DNA of 19,844 bases from Longivirga aurantiaca (GTDB lineage: Bacteria; Actinomycetota; Actinomycetes; S36-B12; CAIYMF01), in the NCBI RefSeq assembly GCF_042660085.1, contig NZ_JBHSTI010000031.1:1-19844 (forward strand), written 5' to 3'. Positions 7,475 to 17,908 of this stretch are shown here, in pieces. A program made the position numbers and the translations under genes. Position 1 is the stretch's first letter. The number at the start of each line of letters is the position of its first letter. The notes beneath the pieces are model-generated. The model saw only the letters and a program-made list of their open reading frames with translations. It ran no database searches and was not told the origin of the DNA.

Positions 7475-8364
7475 GCGCGGACGAGCTCGCCGGCCTGTCT
7501 CCACGGATCCGCGAGCGGGCCGAGCGCATCGCGCGCGGCGAGCTCGACCCGTCGTCGGTCGTCGCCCGCGACGCCGCGACGATCGCCCTGCTGCGCGACA
7601 CCGACGCCGGCATCGAGGTCTTCCTCATGCGCCGTCAGCGCTCGATGGCCTTCGCCGCCGGGATGCACGTCTACCCCGGCGGTGCTGTCGAGGCGTCCGA
7701 CTCCCGCGTGCCGGTCACCGCGACCACCGACCTTGCCGACGTGGCGCACAGGCTCTCGACCGACGACCCGGTCTCCGTGGTCGCCGCGGCGGCGCGGGAG
7801 ACGTTCGAGGAGTGCGGCGTGCTCATCGCGGTCGACGAGGACGGCCGCCCGGTGGTGCTCGACGACTCCTTCGAGGGCGAGCGGGAGGAGCTCGCCGCGG
7901 GGCGGCTGCTGTTCGCCGACCTCCTGAACGCCCGGGGTCTCCGCGTGGACGGCGAGGCACTTGTGCCCTTCGCGCACTGGGTCACGCCGGAGGCGGAGGA
8001 GCGCCGGTACGACACCCGGTTCCTGGCCGCGCGCCTGCCCGACGGGCAGGACGCCACCGAGCGCGGCGGCGAGGCCGACCGCGTGGCGTGGTGGCGCCCG
8101 GCCGACGCGCTCGCGTCGTTCACCGCGGGCGAGACGGCGATGCTGCCGCCGACGGTCGCCACCCTCGCCGAGCTGGCGCAGCACGCGACGGTCGAGGCTG
8201 CGCTGCCGCGGTTGCGCGCGCTGACCGTCGTACCCCTGCTGCCGGCGCCGTACCTCGACGCCGACGGCGCTCTCGCCTGGCACCTCGTGCACGACCGCAC
8301 CCGCGAGCCGATCGCGCCCGTCGCCGAGCCGCACGCCAGCGAGACCGACGGGGTCGGGCCGTGA
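7471..8364 (+). CDS. NUDIX hydrolase (NUDT19-like, with an insertion between the GG loop and the REXXEE helix)
   Basis: FAAGMHVYPGGAVEASDSR...AAARETFEECGVL...VPFAHWVTPEAEERRYDTRFLAA. The start is uncertain: CTG at 7471 overlaps the ridA stop (CTGA), and the nearest canonical upstream start is GTG at 7306, well inside ridA. Confidence 0.85.
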   Translation: MSADELAGLSPRIRERAERIARGELDPSSVVARDAATIALLRDTDAGIEVFLMRRQRSMAFAAGMHVYPGGAVEASDSRVPVTATTDLADVAHRLSTDDPVSVVAAAARETFEECGVLIAVDEDGRPVVLDDSFEGEREELAAGRLLFADLLNARGLRVDGEALVPFAHWVTPEAEERRYDTRFLAARLPDGQDATERGGEADRVAWWRPADALASFTAGETAMLPPTVATLAELAQHATVEAALPRLRALTVVPLLPAPYLDADGALAWHLVHDRTREPIAPVAEPHASETDGVGP

Positions 8365-9173
8365 GCGGCCTGGTCGTGCCGCTCGGCGGCGACGGCCCGT
8401 GGGCCGGAGGGGTTGTGACCCCTTCAGCCGTCTGCGTTCTCGCGGGCAACCCCGGGCCGATGACGCTCGACGGCACCAACACCTGGGTGCTGCGTGTGCC
8501 GGGCGAAGCGCTGGCTCTCGTCGTCGACCCCGGCCCGGCGCTGCCCGCCCACCTCGACGCGATCGAGGCCGCGCTCGACGGCGCCCGCGTGCTGCGCGTG
8601 CTGCTGACCCACGGGCACCCCGACCACGCCGAGGGCGCCGCCGACTTCGCCGCCCGCGTGCACGCTCCGGTCGCCGCGCTCGACCCTGCGCACCGCCTCG
8701 GCGACGAGGGCGTCGTGGACGGCGACGTGGTGGTGGCCGGCAGCCTCGAGGTGGCGGTCGTCGGCACCCCGGGGCACACGGCCGACTCGCTGTCGTTCCA
8801 CCTGCGCAACGACGCCGCCCTCATCACCGGCGACACCGTGCTCGGCCGCGGCACCACGGTGGTCGCCCACCCCGACGGCCGCCTCGCCGACTACTTCCAC
8901 TCGCTGCACCGCCTGCGCGCGCTGGCCGAGGAGACGGCGGCGTCGCACGTGCTCCCGGGCCACGGCCCGGCCCTCGCCGACACCGTCGCCGCGGTGACGG
9001 CGTACGAGCAGCACCGGCACGCCCGCCTCGACCAGGTGCGCGCCGCGCTCGCTGCCGGTGCCGTCACCGCCGACGACGTGGTCGAGGCGGTGTACGCCGA
9101 CGTGCCGCGCGAGGTGTGGCCGGCCGCCCGGCTCAGCGTCCAGGCCCAGCTCGCCTACCTCGACCGCGACTGA
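8361..9173 (+). CDS. MBL-fold metallo-hydrolase (Rv3677-like)
   Basis: LLTHGHPDHAEGA (HxHxDH), GTPGHTADSL, LITGDTVLGRG and VLPGHGP. GTG start overlaps the previous stop (GTGA). Confidence 0.92.
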   Translation: MSGLVVPLGGDGPWAGGVVTPSAVCVLAGNPGPMTLDGTNTWVLRVPGEALALVVDPGPALPAHLDAIEAALDGARVLRVLLTHGHPDHAEGAADFAARVHAPVAALDPAHRLGDEGVVDGDVVVAGSLEVAVVGTPGHTADSLSFHLRNDAALITGDTVLGRGTTVVAHPDGRLADYFHSLHRLRALAEETAASHVLPGHGPALADTVAAVTAYEQHRHARLDQVRAALAAGAVTADDVVEAVYADVPREVWPAARLSVQAQLAYLDRD

Positions 9174-9227
9174 CACGCGGGCCCGCCGGGGTCGACACGC
9201 GCTGGAGACGACGCGATCGGACCCGGA

Positions 9228-9650
9228 TCAGTCGTCGAGGAGGGCGGCGCGCAGCACGCGGTGCTCGTCGGCGCCCAGGGTGCCGGCGGCGAGGGCGTGG
9301 TCGAGGGCGGCGAGGCGCTCCTGCACCGTCCGGGAGTCCGGGATCGGGGCGCCGGCGGACGTCGCGCTGTCCGGCACCGACGGCGTCGCAGCGTCCGGGG
9401 CAGCGGGTGCCAGGCCGGCGGCTGGCGGCAGCAGCGGGTCGAGGGGTACGTCGTCGACGCGCCCACGGCGGCGGCGGCGCGAGCGGGCACGGGGCTCCAC
9501 GACCTCGTCGCTCACCTTCGCGGTGCTGAGGCGGTAGAACCACCAGACGACGCCGATGGCGAGCGCCAGCACCACCACGCCGATGACCGACGGCGGCACG
9601 CCGGGCTGGTCCGCCGGGGCGACCTCGGCGAGCACGCTCAGGTGGTGCAT
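9228..9650 (-). CDS. Membrane protein with a SHOCT-like C-terminal helix (140 aa)
   Basis: One TM segment (VIGVVVLALAIGVVWWFYRL) and C-terminal ERLAALDHALAAGTLGADEHRVLRAALLDD. SD-like GAGGAG upstream of the ATG. Confidence 0.75.
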   Translation of the reverse strand: MHHLSVLAEVAPADQPGVPPSVIGVVVLALAIGVVWWFYRLSTAKVSDEVVEPRARSRRRRRGRVDDVPLDPLLPPAAGLAPAAPDAATPSVPDSATSAGAPIPDSRTVQERLAALDHALAAGTLGADEHRVLRAALLDD

Positions 9651-9759
9651 GGCTCCTCGTTCCTGGACCGGTCTGCCGCTGCCCGCAAGGCTAGTGCGGC
9701 GACGGCGCAGGATCAGGTGGACCGGAGCGCCCGCAGCACGAGCTCTGAACCGGGAGAGG

Positions 9760-10656
9760 TCAGAAGGGCTGGCAGACCACGCTGGACACGCGCACCATCG
9801 TCGCGCCGTTCGCGGGGATCACGGCGCGCACCGTGACCGCCTTGCCCGACTTCACGTTCCGAGCCCCCACCACGTCGCTGCCGAGCCTGTTGCCCGACGG
9901 GCCGGCGAACAGCACGAGCGCGCTCAGCCGCTTGCAGGTCGACTTGGCCGCGAGCTGCAGCGCTTGGCAGCTGCCGCCGTCGGCGCAGGACGTGGTGAGC
10001 TTGAAGCCACCGATGTCGCCGACCGGCGTGAACCCGCGCGGCAGCTCGCCCTTGGGCGCGGCGGACTCCAGCGCCGCGGCCACGACCGACGCCGTCGCCG
10101 CCGGCTTGTTGTCCGGGCCGAAGATGCGGAACGCGGTCAGCGCGATCACGCCGACCACCGTGAGCACCAGCAGCGCGATGAGCCAGCCCTTGCCGCGGCC
10201 TGAGCTGACGATGACAGGGGTGTGCTCCGGGCCGGCGAAGCCGGCGCGCCCCGGGGCCGACACACCGCCGAAGCGGGAGACGCCGCCGCCGGCAGGCTCA
10301 GGCGTGGCGTGCAGGAACGACGAGCCGCCGCCCGCACCCGCTGGTGACGATGCTGTGGCGCCCGCGAAGGCGAGCTCGGGCACGAAGGCCTGCTCGGAGA
10401 GGAAGGAGTCGGGCACGAAGGTCTGCTGGGCGGGTGCCTCAGGGGCGCGGTCCTCGTGCGGGAGGGGGTGGCGTGGGTCGGGTGTGCCGGGCCGCAGCGG
10501 CTCGGCGGGTGCCGGGGCCGCAGCCTCGGGTGCGGACGGCGCGACCGCGGGCTCGGGCGCCACGTGCTGGGTCCAGGCAGCGCCGTCCCACCACCGGGTC
10601 TGCCCGGTCCCGTCGTCGTACCACCCCGCGCCGGGCACCTGCTCCTCCGTGGTCAT
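9760..10656 (-). CDS. DUF2510-domain single-pass membrane protein with extracytoplasmic domain
   Basis: Reading frame MTTEEQVPGAGWYDDGTGQTRWWDGAAWTQHV (DUF2510), a long Pro/Ala linker, TM GWLIALLVLTVVGVIALTAF, then a Cys-containing C-terminal domain. An in-frame ATG further upstream (MRHAVGVPVDGGLMTTEE) is an alternative start. Confidence 0.85.
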   Translation of the reverse strand: MTTEEQVPGAGWYDDGTGQTRWWDGAAWTQHVAPEPAVAPSAPEAAAPAPAEPLRPGTPDPRHPLPHEDRAPEAPAQQTFVPDSFLSEQAFVPELAFAGATASSPAGAGGGSSFLHATPEPAGGGVSRFGGVSAPGRAGFAGPEHTPVIVSSGRGKGWLIALLVLTVVGVIALTAFRIFGPDNKPAATASVVAAALESAAPKGELPRGFTPVGDIGGFKLTTSCADGGSCQALQLAAKSTCKRLSALVLFAGPSGNRLGSDVVGARNVKSGKAVTVRAVIPANGATMVRVSSVVCQPF

Positions 10657-10672
10657 GAGACCCCCGTCCACG

Positions 10673-10691
10673 GGCACGCCGACGGCGTGCC
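10673..10691. repeat. Inverted repeat ggcacgcc-gac-ggcgtgcc upstream of the DUF2510 gene
   Basis: Perfect 8-bp arms with a 3-nt spacer in the 140-bp gap between the GH13 stop and the DUF2510 start. Could be a terminator or a leader hairpin. Confidence 0.5.
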
Positions 10692-10796
10692 TCATCAGGG
10701 ATCTCGGCACGGAGAGTGACAGGCTTGAGGCCGGGGGCCGGTCCGACGCGGGGGGCCGAGCACGCAGAGCCGCCCGGAGCGCCCGCCGGCGCCGCC

Positions 10797-12989
<2,193 letters not shown>

Positions 12990-12996
12990 CGAAGGG

Positions 12997-13671
12997 CTAC
13001 CGGGCGCGTCGCTGCAGACGCTCGACGTCGAGCAGCACGACCGAGCGCGACTCGAGGCGCAGCCACCCGCGCGAGGCGAAGTCGGCGAGCGCCTTGTTGA
13101 CCGTCTCGCGCGAGGCGCCGACGAGCTGGGCGAGCTCCTCCTGCGTCATGTCGTGCGTGACGTGGAGGCCGTCCGGCATGGACTGCCCGAAGCGCTCGCC
13201 GAGGTCGAGCAGCGCCTTGGCGACACGGCCGGGGACGTCGGAGAACACCAGGTCGGAGAGCGCCTCGTTCGTACGGCGCAGGCGCTGGGCCAGCGCGCGG
13301 AGCAGCGACTCGGCCACCTCGGGGCGGCCGGTGAGCCAGGGGCGCAGCGCGGTGTGGCCGAGGCCGAGCACGGTGGCGTCGGTCAGCGCGGTGGCGGTGG
13401 CCGTGCGGGGGCCCGGGTCGAACAGCGAGAGCTCGCCGAACATCTCGCCCTCGCCCATGACGGCGAGGAGGGTCTCGCGGCCGTCGGGTGCCGCGTGGCC
13501 GAGCTTGATCTTGCCGTCGGTGACGACGTAGAGCCGGTCGCCGGGGTCGCCCTCGGAGAAGAGGACGTCGCCCTTGAGCATGCGGCGCTCGTCCATGGAG
13601 GCCTTCAGCGCAGCCGCCGCCTCGATGTCGAGTGCGGCGAACAGCGGCGCGCTCATGAGCACGTCGTCCAC
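12997..13671 (-). CDS. crp: Crp/Fnr-family transcriptional regulator (cAMP receptor protein)
   Basis: [18 protein letters not shown]...[24 protein letters not shown] (cNMP-binding) and the [39 protein letters not shown] start at 13671. Confidence 0.95.
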   Translation of the reverse strand: MDDVLMSAPLFAALDIEAAAALKASMDERRMLKGDVLFSEGDPGDRLYVVTDGKIKLGHAAPDGRETLLAVMGEGEMFGELSLFDPGPRTATATALTDATVLGLGHTALRPWLTGRPEVAESLLRALAQRLRRTNEALSDLVFSDVPGRVAKALLDLGERFGQSMPDGLHVTHDMTQEELAQLVGASRETVNKALADFASRGWLRLESRSVVLLDVERLQRRAR

Positions 13672-13848
13672 GCGGGTCCTCCCTGCAGCACCGGGCGATG
13701 GGCCGCCCAGGATCCGTCACCGCCGGCAGGCGCACCGGCGGCGTGCACAGTCTGTCGCATCCGGGGCCTGCTGCGGACGGTGACTCGCATGCGACTTCGC
13801 GAACTCTCGCGCGGGTGTCCCCCGACCGGTCGGTCGTGGGCCCGGCGG

Positions 13849-14451
13849 TCACTGCAGGACGGTGCGGCCGAGCGGGTCGCCGGGAAGGGTCTGCAGGGCG
13901 AGCAGGGGCTGCTCGCGGTAGCGCGCGATGAGCTCGCGCGTGATGTGCTCCGCGCGGCTCAGCACCTCGTCGCGGTAGGCGTCGAGGTCGGTGGCCGCCG
14001 TCTCGAGGTCGGTGGCGAGGCACGCCACGGCGGGCTCGTCCGAGGCGTCGACCCGCCTGCTCCACACCTCCGCCAGGTCCGGGAGCGGCGCGAGGTCGCC
14101 CACGGTGCTGACGTCGAGGTGCTCGAGCCGGTCGAGCGCCGTGTCGGCCTCCTGCAGGACACCGGTCAGGTCGGCCACCGGCTCGCGGTCGGTGGCGCCG
14201 GAGCGGACGGCGTCCAGGCGCCCCGTGACGATGCGTCGCCAGTACGCGACCTTGGTCTCCTCGTCGCCGAGCCGGGCGCGCAGCTCGCGCAGCTGGTCCA
14301 GGCCGAGGTGGTCGTAGGCGTGGTCGCGCTCGGGCGGCGGGATGGCAGCGCGGGCGGCCTTGCGGGCCGCTCGCCGGGCCTTCGCGTCCTCGGCGCGCGC
14401 CAGTGCGGCGTCCGCCGCGTCCTGCGAGCCGTCGAGAAGATCGTTGCTCAT
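13849..14451 (-). CDS. RsiG-like coiled-coil protein (annotated in some actinobacteria as aerial mycelium formation protein)
   Basis: Likely start is MSNDLLDGSQ at 14451. N-terminal helix LDQLRELRARLGDEETKVAYWRRIVTGRLDAVRSG matches RsiG-type spacing E-x3-[A]-x2-R-x3-[T]-x3-D. Second helix AYRDEVLSRAEHITRELIARYREQPLLAL. Confidence 0.65.
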   Translation of the reverse strand: MSNDLLDGSQDAADAALARAEDAKARRAARKAARAAIPPPERDHAYDHLGLDQLRELRARLGDEETKVAYWRRIVTGRLDAVRSGATDREPVADLTGVLQEADTALDRLEHLDVSTVGDLAPLPDLAEVWSRRVDASDEPAVACLATDLETAATDLDAYRDEVLSRAEHITRELIARYREQPLLALQTLPGDPLGRTVLQ

Positions 14452-14486
14452 ATGTGCCTCGTACCCCCGTGTCGGGAACGCGTGTT

Positions 14487-14504
14487 TCCCCTCCCCGGAG
14501 GGGA
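14487..14504. repeat. Inverted repeat tcccctcc-cc-ggagggga
   Basis: Perfect 8-bp arms with a 2-nt spacer in the divergent rsiG-like/nth intergenic region. Confidence 0.7.
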
Positions 14505-14560
14505 CGGTACGCCCTCGGGGCCCACGTTGTGCTACCGCCACGTCACTCTCTGGGCACGTT

Positions 14561-14589
14561 CACGGGGGGTGACGTGATCACCCCCCGTG
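14561..14589. repeat. 29-bp inverted repeat cacggggggtga-cgtga-tcaccccccgtg
   Basis: Perfect 12-bp arms with a 5-nt spacer. Also flanked by direct copies of gttcacg (14558-14564 and 14589-14595). Confidence 0.9.
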
Positions 14590-14621
14590 TTCACGCTCCC
14601 AGCACGGAGAGCGACGGCCGG

Positions 14622-14650
14622 GCGTCCGGACGGCGTCGCCGTCCGGACGC
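14622..14650. repeat. 29-bp near-perfect palindrome gcgtccggacggcg-t-cgccgtccggacgc upstream of nth
   Basis: Perfect 14-bp arms around a single central T, ending 30 bp before the nth ATG. Confidence 0.9.
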
Positions 14651-14680
14651 GACGGTGCTGCCACGTACCCTGGACGGACC

Positions 14681-15424
14681 ATGCCCGCCTCGTCCGCCGC
14701 CGCGCCGCTCCCTGCGAGCACGCCCACCGGCGAGACCCGCACCGCGCTCGTCCGCCGGGCCCGGCGGATCGACCGGGTGCTGGCGGAGACCTACCCCGAC
14801 GCCCACTGCGAGCTCGACTTCACCACGCCGCTCGAGCTGCTCGTGGCCACGATCCTGTCGGCGCAATCCACCGACCGCCGGGTGAACGGCGTGACGCCGG
14901 CCCTGTTCGCCCGCTTCCCGGACGCTGCGGCGTACGCCTCGGCCGACCGCGACGTGATCGAGGAGATCATCCGCCCGACCGGCTTCTTCCGCGCCAAGAC
15001 CTCCTCGCTCATCGGCCTCGGTCAGGCGCTGTGCGAGCGGTACGACGGCGAGGTGCCCGGACGGCTGAAGGACCTCGTCACGCTGCCGGGTGTCGGCCGC
15101 AAGACCGCGAACGTCGTCCTCGGCAACGCGTTCGGCGTCCCGGGCATCACGGTCGACACCCACCTCGGCCGCCTCGCGCGCCGGTTCGGGTGGACCGTCG
15201 AGACCGACCCCGACAAGGTCGAGGCCGAGATCGCCACGCTCATCCCGAAGCGCGACTGGACGATGATGAGCCACCGCGTGATCTTCCACGGACGGCGCTG
15301 CTGCCACGCCCGCAAGCCCGCGTGCGGCGCGTGCCCGCTGGCGCGGCTGTGCCCGGCGTACGGCGAGGGCCCCACCGACCCCGTCGAGGCCGCGAAGCTC
15401 GTGACCACCGAGGGGCGCGCATGA
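14681..15424 (+). CDS. nth: Endonuclease III
   Basis: [20 protein letters not shown] (HhH with catalytic Lys), [11 protein letters not shown] (catalytic Asp) and 4Fe-4S ligands C-x6-C-x2-C-x5-C ([17 protein letters not shown]). Confidence 0.97.
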   Translation: MPASSAAAPLPASTPTGETRTALVRRARRIDRVLAETYPDAHCELDFTTPLELLVATILSAQSTDRRVNGVTPALFARFPDAAAYASADRDVIEEIIRPTGFFRAKTSSLIGLGQALCERYDGEVPGRLKDLVTLPGVGRKTANVVLGNAFGVPGITVDTHLGRLARRFGWTVETDPDKVEAEIATLIPKRDWTMMSHRVIFHGRRCCHARKPACGACPLARLCPAYGEGPTDPVEAAKLVTTEGRA

Positions 15425-16056
15425 GGCCGGCCGTCCGGGGGCTGGCGCTGCTGGCTGCGGCAGTGCTGCTCGCCGGGTGCAGCGGGCCGTCCGACGCCGG
15501 CGGGCGCGTCACGCCGGCTCCGGGCTCCTCGACCGGCTCGGTCGGAGGGCCCGCGCCGTCGGCCCCGGCCGACCTCGTCGCCGCTGCCGACCTCGCCGAC
15601 TGCCCGGCGACCGACCCCGACGCGTCGCCCCGCGACGACGGTCTCCCCGACCTCACGCTGCCGTGCCTCGGCGACGGCCCCGAGGTGCGCCTCGCGGGGC
15701 TGCGCGGCACCCCGACGGTCATCAACCTGTGGGCCTCCTGGTGCACGCCGTGCCGCGACGAGCTCCCGCTGTTCGCGGATCTCGCCGCCACGGGGAAGGT
15801 GCGCGTCGTCGGCATCTCGGTGCAGGACGACCCCGGCGCGTCCCTGTCGCTGCTCGCCGACGTCGACGTCCACTACGCGTCGGTCATGGACTACGACGGC
15901 GTCACGAAGGCGGCCCTGCGCTGGGTCGGGCTGCCGATGACGCTGTTCGTGTCCGCGGACGGGGTGGTCACGCACGTCGAGCGCGGCCAGATCACCACGG
16001 CCGAGCAGCTCGACTCGCTCGTCGCCCAGACGCTCGGCGTCGTGGTGACCACGTGA
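15421..16056 (+). CDS. TlpA-like thioredoxin-fold lipoprotein (Rv3673-like)
   Basis: Signal peptide with lipobox LLAGC, then [24 protein letters not shown]. Start overlaps the nth stop (ATGA). Confidence 0.92.
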   Translation: MRPAVRGLALLAAAVLLAGCSGPSDAGGRVTPAPGSSTGSVGGPAPSAPADLVAAADLADCPATDPDASPRDDGLPDLTLPCLGDGPEVRLAGLRGTPTVINLWASWCTPCRDELPLFADLAATGKVRVVGISVQDDPGASLSLLADVDVHYASVMDYDGVTKAALRWVGLPMTLFVSADGVVTHVERGQITTAEQLDSLVAQTLGVVVTT

Positions 16057-16688
16057 TCCCCGCCGACCTCCCGGAGTGGCTGCGCCCCGTCGCCGAGGGG
16101 GCCGCAGCCATCCGCGGCGAGCAGCTGTCGCGCTGGCTGCCGCCCCCCGAGGGCGGACGGCAGTCGGCCGTCCTCGTGCTCTTCGGCGAGGGTGACGACG
16201 GGCCCGACCTGCTGCTCATCGAGCGGTCGTCGACCATGAACAGCCATGCGGGTCAGCCCGCGTTCCCCGGCGGTGCGGTCGACGACACGGACGCCGACGT
16301 CATCGCGGCCGCCCTGCGCGAGGCCGAGGAGGAGACGGGGCTCGACCCCGCGGGTGTGCACGTCCTCGCGACGCTGCCCGAGCTCTACCTGCCTCCGAGC
16401 GGCTTCGTCGTCACCCCCGTCATCGGCTGGTGGCGTGCGCCGTCGCCGGTGCGCGTGGTCGACCGCGGTGAGGTGGAGCGGGTCGAGCGCGTCCCGCTCG
16501 CGGAGCTGCTCGACCCGGCCAACCGCTACTCCGTGCGGCACCCGTCGGGCTACGTGGGCCCGGCGTTCGGAGTCCGCGGTCTCGTGGTCTGGGGCTTCAC
16601 GGCCGGCTTGCTGTCGCGTCTGTTCGCGCTCGTCGGCTGGGAGCAGCCGTGGGACGAGGACGACGTGCGGGAGCTGGGGCACTGGTGA
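16053..16688 (+). CDS. NUDIX hydrolase of the CoA pyrophosphatase type (Rv3672-like)
   Basis: LLLIERSSTMNSHAGQPAFPGGAVDDTDADVIAAALREAEEETGLD: the CoA-pyrophosphatase signature preceding the Nudix box. GTG start overlaps the previous stop. Confidence 0.92.
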   Translation: MIPADLPEWLRPVAEGAAAIRGEQLSRWLPPPEGGRQSAVLVLFGEGDDGPDLLLIERSSTMNSHAGQPAFPGGAVDDTDADVIAAALREAEEETGLDPAGVHVLATLPELYLPPSGFVVTPVIGWWRAPSPVRVVDRGEVERVERVPLAELLDPANRYSVRHPSGYVGPAFGVRGLVVWGFTAGLLSRLFALVGWEQPWDEDDVRELGHW

Positions 16689-17878
16689 GCCTCAACATCC
16701 TGGACTGGGTCCTGCTCGTGATGCTGGTCGTCGCGGCCGTGTCCGGCTGGAGGCAGGGGCTGGTCTCGGGGGTGCTGTCGTTCGCGGGGTTCATCGCCGG
16801 GGCGATCACGGGAGCGCTGATCGCGCCGTACCTGATCGGCGGGGTCGAGGGCGTCTTCAGCTTCCTTCTCGCGATGGGCATCGTGATCGTGGGCGCCGGC
16901 GTGGGCAACTGGGCCGCGAGCCTCGTCGGCACCTGGGTGCGCGACTCCGTCACGTGGTCGCCCGCCCGCCTCGTCGACTCGGTCGGCGGCTCCCTGTTCG
17001 GCCTCCTGTCCGTTGCGCTGATCCTGTGGATGGTGGGCTCGGCCGCGCTCGGCGTACCGCTCGGGCCGGTGTCGACCCAGGTGCGCGGCTCGGCCGTCCT
17101 GGGCCAGATCGACGCAGCGATCCCCGAGTCCGCCCGAGACGTCATCGACGGGCTGCGCAGCGCGCTCGACTCTTCGGGACTGCCCGAGGCGTTCGCCGGC
17201 TTCACGCTGCCGCCGATCATCCCGGTGGACGAGCCCGACCCGACCCTCGGCGTCGACCCCGCTGTGCGGCAGACGTTCGGCTCGCTCGTGAAGGTGCAGG
17301 GCGTGGCGGAGGCCTGCAGCGCGGTGGTGGACGGATCCGGGTTCGTCTTCGCGCCCGACCGCGTGATGACCAACGCGCACGTGGTCGCGGGCATGGACGA
17401 CCCCTTCGTGACGATCCGCGGCACCGGGAAGGCCTACCGCGCGGTCGTGGTCTACCTCGACTCCCAGGTCGACGTCGCCGTGCTCTACGTGCCGGGTCTC
17501 GACGCCCCGGTGCTCGACTTCGCCGCCCGTCAGGCCGAGCGCGGCGACGACGCCGTGGTGGCCGGGTTCCCGGGCGGTGGCCGCCTCACCGCTACGCCCG
17601 CCCGCGTGCGCGGCGTGATCACCGCGCGCGGCACCGACATCTACGACAGCCGCAACGTCGTCCGCGAGGTCTACGCCATTCGGGGCGAGGTGCTCCCGGG
17701 CAACAGCGGCGGGCCGCTGCTCTCGCCCGCGGGCGACGTGTACGGCGTCGTCTTCGCGGCTGCGGTCGGCGACTCGAGCTCGGGCTACGCCCTCACCGCC
17801 CAGGAGGTGGCGGCCGCGGCACGGACCGGGGCCAGCGCCACCGAGCCCGTCTTCACCGGGTCCTGCGCCACCAGCTGA
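16685..17878 (+). CDS. marP: MarP-family membrane serine protease (CvpA-like TM domain plus trypsin-like domain)
   Basis: N-terminal multi-TM CvpA-like domain, then TNAHVVAG, VDVAVL and PGNSGGPLL (His/Asp/Ser triad). GTG start overlaps the previous stop. Confidence 0.92.
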   Translation: MSLNILDWVLLVMLVVAAVSGWRQGLVSGVLSFAGFIAGAITGALIAPYLIGGVEGVFSFLLAMGIVIVGAGVGNWAASLVGTWVRDSVTWSPARLVDSVGGSLFGLLSVALILWMVGSAALGVPLGPVSTQVRGSAVLGQIDAAIPESARDVIDGLRSALDSSGLPEAFAGFTLPPIIPVDEPDPTLGVDPAVRQTFGSLVKVQGVAEACSAVVDGSGFVFAPDRVMTNAHVVAGMDDPFVTIRGTGKAYRAVVVYLDSQVDVAVLYVPGLDAPVLDFAARQAERGDDAVVAGFPGGGRLTATPARVRGVITARGTDIYDSRNVVREVYAIRGEVLPGNSGGPLLSPAGDVYGVVFAAAVGDSSSGYALTAQEVAAAARTGASATEPVFTGSCATS

Positions 17879-17889
17879 TCCGGGGTGCG

Positions 17890-17908
17890 ACCGGCCCTAG
17901 AGGCCGGT
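17890..17908. terminator. Bidirectional hairpin accggcc-ctaga-ggccggt between convergent marP and alpha/beta hydrolase genes
   Basis: Perfect 7-bp arms. The stop codon of the minus-strand gene (17897-17899) is in the loop. Confidence 0.45.

Noticed and set aside
9177-9186. gcgggcccgc palindrome downstream of the MBL gene as a terminator
   Set aside because: Only a 10-bp GC palindrome with no loop or T-tract; expected by chance at this base composition.
14573-14581. Canonical Crp site inside the 29-bp repeat
   Set aside because: The half-sites GTGA and TCAC are separated by 5 nt rather than the 6 nt of TGTGA-N6-TCACA, so I do not call it a Crp site; it is reported only as an inverted repeat.
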